A model generated the notes under the pieces. It did not search any database. It saw only the letters and a list, made by a program, of their open reading frames with translations, and was not told the DNA's origin. Shown one piece after another: positions 42,339-57,196 of a stretch of DNA of 64,000 bases (its first letter is position 1; each line of letters starts with the position of its first letter). The translations under genes were made by a program, and so were the position numbers. The DNA comes from Octopus vulgaris (taxonomy: Eukaryota). The stretch spans positions 19,840,001-19,904,000 of the forward strand of contig OX597832.1 of NCBI GenBank assembly GCA_951406725.2, given 5' to 3'.

Positions 42339-42703
42339 CTGTGTATGTGTGTGTGTGTCTGTGTGTGTTTGTGTATGTTTGTGTGTGTATAGAGTGATGT
42401 TGGAGAGAGAGAAATGGATAGCTTAATAAATAGATGTATAGCGAGAATAAGAGCCCAATTAAAGAGATGCATCCATAAATGTATTAATGGATGTATATAT
42501 GCGGATGATCTTGTTTCAAAGGTGGTACTATTTGCCATTAAATGGCAATACTTATATGAAAACAAACAACAAATAATGAGAGATGGAGAATCGCCTATAC
42601 TTTCCTCCTATATTATCTTCGAATATTTTCATTTCTCCTCTCAAAATAAATCATGTTGTATATATATATATGCATCTACATCTATCTCTCCATCCATCCA
42701 ACC

Positions 42704-42813
<110 letters not shown>

Positions 42814-42830
42814 ATATATATATATCTATA

Positions 42831-42870
<40 letters not shown>

Positions 42871-43428
42871 GATCTCTATCTATCTATGCATCTCTGTATA
42901 AACACACACGCATACACACACACGCACCCACACACACACACACACACACATATATCTATATATATATATAAACGTATGTCTATATGCATAAGCATGCATG
43001 TATGTTTATATGTGCATTTGTAGTACATCTATACTTCGGTGATTTAGATATGTAAGCCCTGAGGTAGAGTGCATAATACCTTGAAGGGTAGTCGGGGTTA
43101 CGAGATCATTTCTATGTGAATTAGACTCACAGGTCACATGCACATTGAACATATCTGGAAATGCTCAAGTGGAACGTACCCTTATGTATATTATGAAACG
43201 GTACATGGGAGCGTGCTTGTGTGTGTGCGCGCACGTGTGTATACGTTAAATGTAGTAGAGATACACCATGTGTATATACCTGCGTACATATATATGTATG
43301 AGTGTGTGCGTGCGTGCATTTATTTATGTATACGCATATATAGCTATATGTATATGTGTGTGTGCGTGTGTATCAAGCTCTCTCTTACTCTCTTTCTCTC
43401 TCTCTCGGAAATTATATTTATATAAATG

Positions 43429-43684
<256 letters not shown>

Positions 43685-44187
43685 TTACCTAATGTACGTT
43701 AATTTGATTAGTAATTATCTTATCAAATTAAGATCCGGAGATTTATCACTGTTAGTGGACTCTGGGTCCGACACAAATTTGAACCGATATCGTAAAAGAA
43801 AAGAAACAAAAAAAACTTCGAAAAACAAAAAGGAGAAGAAAATTTAGAGAAAGGCATTGATGCATTATATGTGTCGACATTGTAAATAATAACATTTATA
43901 ATAGTACTACTACTGAAGAATGACGCTAATCAGCATGAAACGAAAGGAAGGCAGATAAAGAAAAAAATAAAATGTGAATCATAACGGTTAGCACATAATA
44001 CATGAAAATCGGCATTTAAAAAGTAATAGAAAAAGACAAAACATAAAGATTCCTAGATGCAAATTTCTCTGTAAACATGAAATCATGAGCGCAAATAACA
44101 TTTAAGGGCGAAATGTAGAATAAGACACATGAAACGAGTGTGATTAAGGCCTTATGTTAAAATATTCACACACATACTGTGCTGAGG

Positions 44188-44241
<54 letters not shown>

Positions 44242-44446
44242 ATTGTACGTATATATACACACAGACACAGATTCTCACATATGCATATTCGCATATTGGT
44301 GTATATATGTGTGCGTGTGCACATATACATAGACCAACATTCATATATGTATACATGCATACATACATGCATACATACATGCATATATATGCATGTATGT
44401 ATATATATATGTGTGTGTGTGTGTGTATGAGTCCATATATAAATAC

Positions 44447-44501
<55 letters not shown>

Positions 44502-44795
44502 TATGTGTACATATAAATATACATATATAAATGTACATATATATACATATATAAATACATATATATATATATGTATATATTTAAGTATGTATATACATAT
44601 GTATGTATATGTGAATATATATATTCATACCCACATACATAGATAGGTAGAAGAACAGTTCAGTACATATATACATACATACATACATATATACATACAT
44701 ACGTACGTACGTACAGACATATGAGTATGGGCACACAGTTCTAGTATAGTTTTCATCTATGCAAATCGATGTATAAAAATTGTAAAATTTGCTTA

Positions 44796-44931
<136 letters not shown>

Positions 44932-45185
44932 AAGAGCAACAACATTAATAATATTAATAATAATAATTAGTTGATTGTAGTTAATATTAATAATTCATTT
45001 AAATTATAAGTCGAAATATTTCTTTGTATATTTGTGTCTGATTCTATGCGTAAGTGAGTATGTGTGTGTTCGTGTTAGTGAGTTTGAAATAAAAGATTGA
45101 GATAAGAAAACAAGGAGGCAGAAATTTCAAGTACTCTTTAATATTATGTTTATATTACTTCTTTGTATGTATGTATGTATGTATG

Positions 45186-45219
<34 letters not shown>

Positions 45220-45278
45220 TGTATGTATGTATGTATGTATCTATCTACCTATCTATCCATATATATCTCCATCACTCT

Positions 45279-45324
<46 letters not shown>

Positions 45325-45444
45325 GTATGTATATGTATATATATTTTTCAGAACTTCGATTGATTGAAGAATCTACTTAGCTATCCATATATCATTCGAT
45401 TCGATATGTTATATTATCTATTTCAACTGTGTACACACACACAA

Positions 45445-45524
<80 letters not shown>

Positions 45525-45659
45525 TCTTTCTCTCTCTCTCTTCCTGCCCCCACCTCCTCTCTCTTTAAATACACGCACACATATGCAAACATACTTATAT
45601 ACATATATACATGCATACACATGAGCGTTTCTGTATGCGAGTTTTGTGCATGAGTATAT

Positions 45660-45720
<61 letters not shown>

Positions 45721-46189
45721 TACATGGCTACCTATGCACAAATCTTTGAGCTCGTGTTTCTGTCTATCTGTATATATGTCGGTCCAGTTTTATATTTTTC
45801 CCTACTTTTGTCTTTATCGTTATTTTCCCTGTTGTTCTACGTCGCTTATGTACTCCCTGTTGTTTTATTTCTATGCATTTATTGCTGTAAATGTGTGTGT
45901 TTATTCGCGCTTCCGTGTATGCGCTGGTGTGTGTTTTGTGTGTGCGTGTGTGCGTGAGTGTGTGTGTGTGTGTGTGTGTGTTTTCGTTTTGTACGGTTAT
46001 GTAAATTCTTTTATTTGGTTTGAGAAGTTATGTTCTTTTAAACCAAGTTCAAATAGTTTCGATGTTGCTATAATTTTTTTTCTCTCTCTTTTGCACTTTA
46101 GATTGTATTCATAGATACGTAGATATTCACGCTTACACATATAGGCATACAAATGAATGCATGTGTATATGCATGTAATTATATATACC

Positions 46190-46246
<57 letters not shown>

Positions 46247-46674
46247 ACACTTATCTTTCTATCTCTCTCTGTATATATAGATATATATATATATGTATGT
46301 ATATATATATATATATATAAATTAATAATAATAATAATTTTAATCTATATCAAGGTAGTTTAGAACTCAGTATGGAACACTGACTATGCATTAACTTTTG
46401 TCAGCCCTAGATTGCTGCAGTAGGGGCTTTAATTGCGCATAGTTTCGAAGAAAGTTAGTCACGAAACACAATGAGCTTGAGTTACTCCTGTAGTACTCTC
46501 AGCTAATAAAATTATGGTGTTTTGGAGCAGCGGTTCCCCTAGCAAATAATGTATAATGTGTGTGTGCCTGTGTGTGTGAGTGCGTGTGTGTGTGTGTTTG
46601 TGTGCATGTTTTGCTTTCTATACCTACATGCATACGTACAAATTTACATAATGCCTACCTACCAACATACGTGC

Positions 46675-46713
<39 letters not shown>

Positions 46714-46997
46714 CATATATATGTATCTATCTATTCATGAGTATATATTTATATATATATATTCAAATATACATGCATATTTGCATATGTATATATGTGT
46801 GTATATATACACATACTCACACACGCATATATAAATACGTTTACACACACATACATGCACACTTTTCATATTGCGTATACACATTACACAGTAATGATGT
46901 AATGATTTAATTCTGTATAGTATTAATAAATCCCGTTAAAATTACTACGTCTACTGTTATTATTATCATCATCATTATTATCATTATTATCGTTGTT

Positions 46998-47033
<36 letters not shown>

Positions 47034-47687
47034 ATTAGCATCGTCACCCCCGGCTCCCCTCAGCACTAACTACCATCATCGTCATGAAAATTTACTGATT
47101 CCCGGAGCAAACCGCGTCTGATTTACTAGCGTTCCACTAATAAATCTGTTAACACCTTCACTATAAGAATAGGCGCATCGATTTGAAATAGGAGACATTG
47201 AGAACGAGGGAAAAACAAACGAGTTTGACTTGACATATTCCAAGCAGTCGCACACACGTACACACCGGTTTCTCTTAGATTTGCACAACAATCAAACTCT
47301 TGCACTCACGCATGAATTATATATAGATATATGTGAATATAACAAGTATGTCATTACAGATATATATATATATATGTATACGTGTGTGCGTATGTGCGTG
47401 TGTGTGCGTGTGACTGCTACGGTGTTTGTGTATGCGTGATTGTGTGTGTGCGTGTTTTTGTGAGTGTATGTGACTGTTACCGTGTTTGTGTGTGCGTCAT
47501 TGTCTGTGTGTGTGTGTCTGCGTGTGTATGCGGATGTGCGTGTATACATTCATCCATATATGCATTTGTATTAGAAAGCCTTGCATGCGTGTGTACGTAT
47601 ATGTACACGTTTTTGTACACAGCTGTATGCATGTATACCTATACGTATACATACACGCATATACACACACATACACACTGTCAATTA

Positions 47688-47743
<56 letters not shown>

Positions 47744-47779
47744 CGTGTACTATGTGTGTGTACGTATACACATGTCATG

Positions 47780-47835
<56 letters not shown>

Positions 47836-47929
47836 CATATATACATGCATACACACACACATATATTCTTGTACTCTTTTACTCGTTTAAGCCACGCGGC
47901 TACGGTCATGCTAGAGCACCACCATTTCT

Positions 47930-48660
47930 GATTTCTTCAGTCTGGTTTGTTTCACATCACCACTCCTGTATGACCCTTCATCCCAGCTGTTGGCCCCTTA
48001 GGTGTATAAGGGAGTACCTTATGTCGGGCTGTTGGTTCATCCGGTATTGTGGAGAGGAGGATGTCAAATTCCTTTCTGGAGACATCTACTTCCACCTTAT
48101 GCAGATTTCTTAATTTTTGTGACAGTGCATTGAAAAGCTGTGGACATTTGTACCCTAGAATATTGTAGTACCTCGTCCTGAATTCAGAGTGGATGGTACA
48201 TTTAATACAATGCAATGGCGGCAGGTTCCGACATTTGTACAACACTTAATACCGAAATTAGGTACCAGCCCTTCTAGAGTTTTCCATATCTAAATTATTG
48301 CATATCTCTTGCACCTTCGCCTATAGCTCATAGCTATAGCTCATCAGCTGCACTGTTGCCTTCTTTTTAGTGTACAGGCGTTGCATTACTCCAAGCTTTG
48401 CTGTTAGTATGGTACTATGTGGTGACCATAACTGGGAGCAGTAGTCCAGGCGGCTGAGAATAAATGTTCTCCTCAGAGTCAACATAGTTTCTTGGTCACT
48501 TCTCTTGAAGGACCTCAGTATCCATCCTGCCAGTTGTGTGCTCTTTGCTGCCATCTTAGTAATGTGCATTTAAAATGAAGCATCATTGCACATAGTGATC
48601 CCCAATTCTATCACTGCTTGTGACTCTGAGATTGTAGTGCCTTTGGGTTCTGCATAATCA
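47930..48660 (-). mobile_element. CR1/L2-group LINE reverse transcriptase C-terminal fragment (pseudogene)
   Basis: ELGITMCNDASF, HITKMAAKSTQLAGWILRSFKRSDQETMLTL..TFILSRLDYCSQLWSP, WKTLEGLVPNFG and PQLFNAL...LSTIPDEP; frameshifted. Confidence 0.88.
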
Positions 48661-48913
48661 AAGAAGATCATAAGAGCTGGACAGGTAAGGGAACAACAAA
48701 CAAGGTGTATTAGTCTGAGTCTCATGGAGAATGGAAGAGATCTTGACGTTTCGAGCCTTCAAAAAAATGGAATGAAAAGAGAACCTAGGCGGATAGAGAA
48801 AAATGAAAGAAAAAGGTATCTGGATTAACGGTCACACACACACACAAACATACACACATACACATGTGCAATCACAAACACACATGCAGTACATACTCAT
48901 ATTTATGTATGTA

Positions 48914-48968
<55 letters not shown>

Positions 48969-48996
48969 CATGCATGTATGTATGTATGCATGTATG

Positions 48997-49201
48997 TACT
49001 AGTTGGTGCTGAAAATTTTGGGGTTTTAAGGGTGTCGCGAAAGGGCTGGTTGGAGGCTCAAACCTCCGAGTTCTTTTACTGAAGGAGTGCTACAATACCT
49101 GTGAATCTGAGAAGATGAATATGTTGAATTTAATTATGATTAACTGAGCCTCCTGTATTTTCTTTTACATCAATATGGGAAAATTTCAGCATCACCTTGT
49201 A
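48997..49201 (+). mobile_element. Miniature mariner derivative (~205 bp)
   Basis: TIRs tactagttggtgctgaaaatt vs revcomp tacaaggtgatgctgaaattt. Retains gtgaatctgagaagatgaatatgttgaa, resembling the mariner C-terminal VNLxGEYVE. Confidence 0.7.
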
Positions 49202-49503
49202 TGTCTGTATATATGCAAGAAATACTTTCTAATCTAAACACTTTAGAGGATATTGACCTGACTACAATAACGAAATGTAAACAAATACAATTTCATTCGA
49301 AACTAAAAGTTCATCCATTACGACTTGAAGTTCTATGTTTACCTCTTTTCTGGTCTGACGATCGTTATACATGAAACAGAATTCATGAATTTGTGAAGAT
49401 TCCGTTTAAATAAACTGCGTTTCTATAATTTCTTTTCCCAGGCGTTCCATCGTCTTTAGACTCTTCTATCTTGCCCCTCAAACAGCCACCTATTTTTTAT
49501 GAT

Positions 49504-49804
49504 GTTTGTTTCTTCTCAAGCCATGCCTATCTCATAGGGGACGGTTTTCCGGTTTCCTTGGCGTATAGGTTCCCCACCTGGACGGTACGCCGTTCCGTCA
49601 CCGGTGAGCTGCAAGATGCAGGAGGAAAGAGTGAGAGAAAGTTGTGGCGAAAGAGTCAGCAGAAGTTCGCCATTACCTGCTGCTGGAGCCGCGTGGAGCT
49701 TAGGTGCTTTACTCATAAACACATACATTGCCCGGTCTGAGATTCGAAATCCCCATCCTTTGACCGCGTGTCCGCTACTCTACCCACTAGGCCATGTGCC
49801 TCCA
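49504..49804 (-). mobile_element. SINE with family C head/body and an alternative 3' tail, ~13-bp TSD
   Basis: 49612-49804 matches the C head and body; 49504-49611 is unrelated to the C tail. TSD ctatttt(t)tatgat at 49490-49503 and 49805-49817. Confidence 0.85.
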
Positions 49805-50199
49805 CTATTTTTATGATAATCATTACCATGTATTTGCGAAATACAACACTGTTTGATCACAAGTAATGAGCCCACACATCTTAAAATTTCATCCATATTG
49901 TTCAAGGACAAGGAATCTTTCAGAATATCGTTTTACACTTAATAGTTTGTAGACTGGAACATTGCTTTTTGCTTGGATCTCTATAATTGCTGTATTCTGA
50001 TTGCATCTGTAATGGTACCTGTCATTCGAAAATTTTATTTTTGCATATAAAACTCATGTCTCACAATTTTTTGCATTAATATGGACTATATAGTGTTCAA
50101 CGGTTTCAAAATTGCGTGTATCTTACAGGATCAGCTATGAAAGTTTTGCGAGTGTACACACCTGCATCTCTCTATACACACACAAACACACAAACAAAC

Positions 50200-50252
<53 letters not shown>

Positions 50253-50411
50253 CATATAATCAAAATAAGCAACAAGTATATCTTCGGTAATTTTGTACGA
50301 TCGCTACTTCATTTTATTAAACATTGTAAGTATTACATTAGTTTTAAAATGTTGAGCACACTTCAGCCATTTATAGAAGTCTTCCATCAAACGGAAAATA
50401 CATATACTTAT

Positions 50412-50461
<50 letters not shown>

Positions 50462-50492
50462 CAAGCATGTCTCTCTCCCTCTCTCTCTTTCT

Positions 50493-50541
<49 letters not shown>

Positions 50542-50944
50542 TCGTATGATGTTGCATGTTAATTTAGTGCATTTGTTTTGGTTTTTTTTTTACTGGATGC
50601 TGCACAGAATCAGGTTTTGCTGAATTGTCGGAGCGTCGATTACAATGACGTCTAGTATTTCCCTGCGGCATTTAAAACTCTGCGTTCGAATCGTGCCGGG
50701 GTCAAATTTGTCTTCGTTTTCCGGTGTAGATAACATATTTCAGTCGATATAATCGATTGCTCTCCTTCCCTAAATTTGAGAATCGATTATTTTATTTTTT
50801 TCTATTATTGATTGTTTTCGTTTCTTTGGTGCACTGTCTCAGATTTTAGGGTAAGTGTGAATAATCGATTTCAATCGAACATACCACCCTCCTCTCACTA
50901 AAAACTACTTTTCCTGATTCATTGTTATTAAAACTAAGAACACA

Positions 50945-50981
50945 ATTATTATTATTATTATCATTATTATTATTATTATTA

Positions 50982-51079
<98 letters not shown>

Positions 51080-51101
51080 TTTTTTATTATTATTATTATT
51101 A
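50945..51101. repeat. (TTA)n tract at the 3' end of the R4/Dong element
   Basis: Seen directly. Confidence 0.95.
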
Positions 51102-53140
51102 TCTCTTAGTTTATTTTGTTGAGTATGATGGAAAGTATCAGTAACTACATCCAGCAGACTAAAGGGGCACGTGTTTTGCAGATCATACTTCAAGAACCCC
51201 GCAGAGAATTCTTGCACTTCCAAGCAATTGTGGTTTTTCTAGGTGTTCTCTCTTTTTTCCGCCAATATTTATGAACAACGTTGTTAGTTGTGTACTGATA
51301 TTTCCGAACGCACCGATTGTCATTGGTATCACGTCCACTCTCTCTCCATTGCTTACAACCCTCGTGTTTCTCACTTCAATCCACCGTAGTTCACTTTTCC
51401 TTTTTTTTTTCTCCTTAATCCTGTTGTCACCAGGACAAGCTATGTCAATTATCATACATGTTTTTTCCTCTTTTCTCTTCACCACAACAATATCAGGTTT
51501 CCGATGTCTAATCTGATGGTACACTGAATCATCGCATCGTACACGATTTTGTAATCCTTATTCTCAGCAACATCTTCCGGGATTTGGTTATACCAAGAAT
51601 TTGATATTTTTAGGCCACGATTTTCAGAGGTCTCCAATGGATCATTCTTGCCACATTGTCATGCGCCCTTTTGTATTAAGGTTCTGTTACTTTCTGCAAT
51701 TCCCTAACAATGTGAAATACTGCCTCATTCCTAACACCACACATTCTGCATTTGTCACTTTCGGTTGTGTTGTCAACTCTGCACTTCACATACTTTGTCC
51801 TCAATCCCTGTTCTTGTGCCTCGCATATAAGTACTTCTGTTTCTCTCTTCAGGTCACTCATCCGCATCCATAACGATTTATCTTCAGCATCTGTCTTGGC
51901 ACTCGTATTTCTTGCAAACTGGCCGTACAATTTCCCTCTTTTCTATATCGTTTCTTTTTCGCTTTCCTTTTTCTCTTTAACTTTCTCATTCTCAACACAG
52001 TCATTAGTTTGGATAATGCTGGACTTCTTCACATGCATCAAAAATGGTTCCACACCATTTTATTTACCCCTTTTTTTCTGATTCAATACGATCCTGACAA
52101 CTGATCAAACCTTTCCAACTCTTTCTTCTGGACACGTCCAACTCTTGGAATGGAATGTTCTGTGCAATGCCAATAGTTCCTCTCTCTTCGTATTCATACT
52201 TATCAATTCTTTCTTTCCCCAGTTTGTGATTACAGTTCCGTACCGAACTGATGCTGTCGTCCATGTATTTACCACTTGGATTTTATTCCATCCGGTCAAT
52301 TTTGAGCAACTGATATCCCAGGTACCTATTCTTCAACATCAAGTACAGAGTGATCATGCAAAGTACAAAAAGCAACGGAGATAAGCTACCTCCTTGGAAA
52401 ATGCCCAGGTTTACCCAAGCTTTGTCCGTACGCTACCAAATCAGTTTACCAACCCACCATACTTCTCTTTGGAAAACATGTTACATTCCTTGCAATTTCA
52501 GACATACCTATGCACTTGATGGTATGCGAATATGGAAGAATCGCGGTAATCAATCCAGGCCATTCCCAAATTTATCTATCTTCGCTTACACTCTCACATT
52601 TACATTTTATTTATCAATAATTGGCCTTTGCTACCGTTGCATTCCCTGCTACAACCTTTTTTTTGTTCCATTCGTAAAATGTCATTATCATCAAGAAATT
52701 TGTACATTTCTTCTATAATCCCACCTGACAGTAAATTCCACATTAATGGAAAGCAAGGAATTGGCCTTTAATTGACGGCAGAATTTTATTTCGATACATC
52801 TTTCAAGCACTACACTATTCGTCTTTTGGTCAAACACCCAGGAATTTCTTCCGCTCCATCAATCAATGCATTAAATTGCTCTGAAACCAATTTGTGGCAC
52901 CTACTGAACTTTTTTATTATTATCTAAAATCCCTGTACACCATCAGTCCTGCTGCATTCCAATTGCTCATCGTTTTGCTATTTCTGATACTGTCCTCAGT
53001 AAAGGAGATAGCTTCTTGCTGGAGATAAGAAGCTGTTTGCTTCAGAATGCTGCGCCATTCAACTCCAGTATTGTGTTGTCCTTCTTTACTCCATACCCCA
53101 CCCCGATACTGTCGACTTCCAAATGCATCAGGTACTAAGC
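51102..53140 (-). mobile_element. R4/Dong-clade non-LTR retrotransposon (RT, CCHC zinc knuckle, restriction-like endonuclease), disrupted
   Basis: AWIDYR and GIFQGGSLSPLLFVLCM (RT), NKIQVVNTW..SVRYG, ETEVLICEAQEQGLRTKY...CRMCG...HIV (zinc knuckle), HRKPDIVVV..TCMIIDIACPGD (RLE) and LLGSARILCGVLEV*. The YxDD region appears deleted near 52300-52350. Confidence 0.92.
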
Positions 53141-53350
53141 ATGTTATATCATAGTTAATTTCTTGGAGTGTTAGAAGTTGAGCAAACTAAAGCCTGAAGT
53201 AAATTCAAGACACAATAATAAATTTTAATCTCATAACACAGTAATATGCGTCGATATTAACACATCAAGATTTATAAAATACGTAAATTCACGCTGCCCG
53301 CAAGTTACTGTTAATTAATTATTATTATTTCTGCATTGCTACTACTACTG

Positions 53351-53386
<36 letters not shown>

Positions 53387-54379
53387 TTGTTGTTGTTGTT
53401 TACTACGCTCTTGTACTTCATGAAAACCTCCCGCAGTTTTGGTTTATATAGTTTCTCCTTATTTTCCCCTCATCGTTTTGGCCCTTTATAACGAACAAAA
53501 TAAATCATTACCTTCATTATCAGAATTGCGAAGGGGGGGGGAAAGGTGCTTAGCAGCATTTCATTCATCTTGTTCTGAGTTCAAATGCCACCGAGACCGT
53601 TGGTTTTTTTGCTTTTTTTTGTGTGTGCCTTTCATCATTTTGGAGTCAATGTAATACATGACAGTTGTTCATAGGGGTCAGTGTAATCGAGTACCCCTCC
53701 ACTCCACGAGAATTTCAGATTTTATATTTATAACAATGATAATAATCATCATTACTATTAATATTATTATTAATTTTTTCAAGTTACACCTAAATATGAA
53801 ACGGAGTGTCAAAGGTGGAATCATTGTCCCTCGTTAAAATAGCTGAAACGCTGGTGAGAGTGAAGATGTGACCTGGCTCAACGAATGAGCCTACCCTAAA
53901 CATGCCACTCATGGCTGGAGACCACAATTACAATCAAGGTAATCCAGGACCTTGGAGAAATCTTACAGGATAGTTAAATATGCCTCACTTTTGGATACAA
54001 CTACGATATATCTCACATCACTGTGTTATAAAAGATATTTGATAGTTTTTTTCTTTTCCATAATATTCGTTTTGTAACTTGGCCTTCTTTGGGTTCCACA
54101 TTTAGGCTTCAGCCTTTTCCCATTAAAAGAAAGCGTTGTTTAACAGCAAGTCTACCAGGTTTTTATTCCAACATTGCTACAAGTTACATTACCGGTTACG
54201 TCAACGAGGATGCTTGTCCTCAAACCCAGAATCGCTAAGGAAGAATTAAAATGGAAGCAAGTAGTGGTTCTTTCTTCCATTCTCATAGCGTTATGATGAG
54301 CAGGAAGACTTAGTGGAAGAAGTGGGCATGTACTTGAGGAAGCAATGAACTGGGAACAAAGACACCCAAGAAAAAAAAA

Positions 54380-54510
54380 TTGTTGCAGTCCACTCAACTG
54401 GCAAAAACTGAGTAATCCTGCGACGGACTTACATCCCGTGCAGTTGAGGAATATATACGCCATGGTAAGTGAAAAACCGGCCCTTAAGAGTCAGCATAAC
54501 TCAGACAGTA
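54380..54510 (+). mobile_element. SINE fragment: D (CORE-like) domain joined to the alternative tail seen at 49504-49611
   Basis: ttgttgcagtccactcaactggcaaaaactgagt followed by cctgcgacggacttacatcccgtgcag...tatacgccatgg...aaaaccggccct. Confidence 0.65.
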
Positions 54511-56361
54511 ATTGTTTTCTTAACTTTCACATTCTAAAACCCATTGTTTTAAAATTTTATCTTATTACATGGTTCGAGTTCTTCTCACCGATAAAGCACA
54601 ATTCATTATGGAATAGTGGATTCGCAGAGTCATTAAATTACCTCTCCCTATATCTTGGCCTCCCATCTACGTCATCTTGGCAGCAGAGGTCAATTTGTCT
54701 TTTATCGCTTGATGATTGATAAAATATGTACTAGTCAAATACTGGTGTTGATATTATCGACTAATTCATTGCCTTATTTCAGAGTTTCGGCCTATATTCA
54801 ACTCAATTATCAAGTTTGGAATAGTGGATTAGCAGAATAGTTAAGAATGAATCAAAATGTAATACAGTATTTGCACTGGATCTTTAAAGATTTCTGTTCA
54901 AGTCAAGAGGCGCTCAACTACATTTTTCATCCTTTCTGAGTCTATTAAATAGATTGCTTCTTATAAAAGAAAAAAAGCAAGATTGAGGCAACGACACTGC
55001 ATTCGTCCCTCAAATTCGTTGAGTTCAGCGGGCTCCAATTTAATTTTCATCAAACTCAAAGATGTTGATGCCTCTGCAAATGAGCAATTATATAGCCATT
55101 ACGCTTCCTAAGCTTGTCACAAACCCTAACCTACAGCCTTAAAAAGAGAAAAGTAAACAGAAAAAAGAAGTAGATATTATTGTGATACATAAACAGTAGT
55201 TGAATAACAAACCAGATTTGTCACAGCTGGAAGACATTTAATTATAGGTCAAATGGATCAGAAATGACCAGTGGCTAAACAGCTATTATATCAACCAATG
55301 TAGACATAGCCTGTTATACAGTTATTAGGGTCGAAAATCGAAGTCTTACAAAAATTCCTCTTGTCGATGACCTTAAATCCACTTCTCAACTGGAAACCTC
55401 AGGCGGCGTGGTAACACAAGGAAAAAACCATCCTTATTGCCACAGACTGAAACTGTACCCTGGATATTGAGTCGTAGCTTCCAATTTCAAGAGGATACTA
55501 TTTCATCTACCCCTTTCAAAAGTAAAAGGAGTTGCGTCTGCTGCGAGGATGAGCAATCAGTTTTATTAAGTGGAAGACTGAATTACTTGTGTATTGAATT
55601 ACTGTATTAGCCGCCGAGTACTCCGCAGACCAATATACCAATTTTTTTTTTAAAGTAAATGCAGTACAATGCACCACACATTACCAAGCTTGGAGCTTTT
55701 AATTTCTTATTACTACGTAGAAGCAGCGTCGCGAATAAGACGACGTGTCTTAAGTATATTCACTATGACAGACTTTATCCATCACCATGTCTGCTTAGAT
55801 ACTCTTTAGGATAAAAAGTAGTTAAGTAAATAGATAGAAAGTTTGATTGGTGTATAGATAGATAGATAGATAGATAGGGGAGAGAAAGAGAGAGTGAGTG
55901 AGTGTGTGAGATGAACTATGGGCCTTAATACTGTTATTTTGGCTATTGACAGTTGAATGATAAAAGTAAGAGCCTTTGGCAAGTATTGAACACTGGGTAC
56001 GACCGGCCGTAAGAAACACTATATAGAATTCTAATCAAGGATCTCAGAAATCGGCCACCTCGCTACCTAAATATTTACAGTCTGGCTGAAAGACTGCATG
56101 TAAGATGGAGACTTCGGTATTCTGAGAACATACAGCTAAAAGGAAATATGAATAATATAGCGAGATTTAAAATCTCGACTCACTGAGATGGCCCAAATAG
56201 GAAAATATCGTCAAGGTGTATTTTATAAATCTAAGACGACAAAAAAAAAAAACAGAAAAGAAAGATAGGACCTAACTTCAGAAGGAAAAAAAGCAATCGT
56301 TAGTTTTAAAAATTATGGAAGTGAGAAAAGGGAATGATTAGTGTATATAATATATTCACTT

Positions 56362-56602
56362 GCGAGGGCCGCGAGCTGACAGAATCATTAGGACGCTGGG
56401 CGAAATGCTTAGCAGCATTTCGTCTGTCTTTATGTTCTGAGTTCAAATTCTGCAGTGGTCGTCTTTTCCTTTCATCCTTTCGGGGTCGATTAAATCAGTA
56501 CCAGTTACTCACTGGGGTCGATGTAATCGACTTAATCCCTTTCTCTGACCTTGTTTGTCTCTTCTATGTTTAGCCACCCCCTGTGGGCAATTAAGAAATA
56601 AA
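56362..56602 (+). mobile_element. SINE A monomer (long tail)
   Basis: gcgagctgacagaatcattag...gagttcaaattc...ctggggtcgatgtaatcgacttaatccc...gtttagcc...aagaaata. Confidence 0.88.
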
Positions 56603-56852
56603 TATACTGAGTTGCCTATTTTAGGAATCCTTAATCTTATTGCAAGTGCTACTACTTTTGTTGTTATTGTTGTTGTTGGTGTTGTTTTGCCGCAGGTGAG
56701 CCCTGATTTGGCAGCCCCAATTCTGTTGTTGTGAGTCAGAATCTCTGAATAAGCAGCCCTGAGTCAGTGGCTGATGAAGCTGAGATCATCTCACCTTGAT
56801 TTAAAGTATATATAGAAGTGTGTGTGTGGGTGTATATACGTATATCTATCTA

Positions 56853-56891
<39 letters not shown>

Positions 56892-57162
56892 GAACTGCAA
56901 CAATAACATCTTATTTATATTTTTAATTTTATTTCTCTTTATACTTCCTATATCCATCCTTTTCCAAATAACTCCTAAAATTTAACTCTACCAGTTCTCT
57001 CTAGTCAACTCTCACTTATTGTCTCTGATGACGGCATATCCCTAATATCCCAGAAACACCTGTAAGACTACCTTTCTCTTTAAGAATGTCCTATAAATTC
57101 CACACACCCTTCGCTTTGCTGTCACAATGTATTTAACATGTGCATGTATATATGTATGTATG

Positions 57163-57196
<34 letters not shown>

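Noticed and set aside
50843-50856. 8-nt microexon-like cag|ATTTTAGG|gtaagt
   Set aside because: It sits in a degenerate SINE A tail on the minus strand.
54289-54470. Apparent exon with a strong donor CCATG|gtaagt
   Set aside because: The donor lies inside a SINE tail fragment homologous to 49504-49611.
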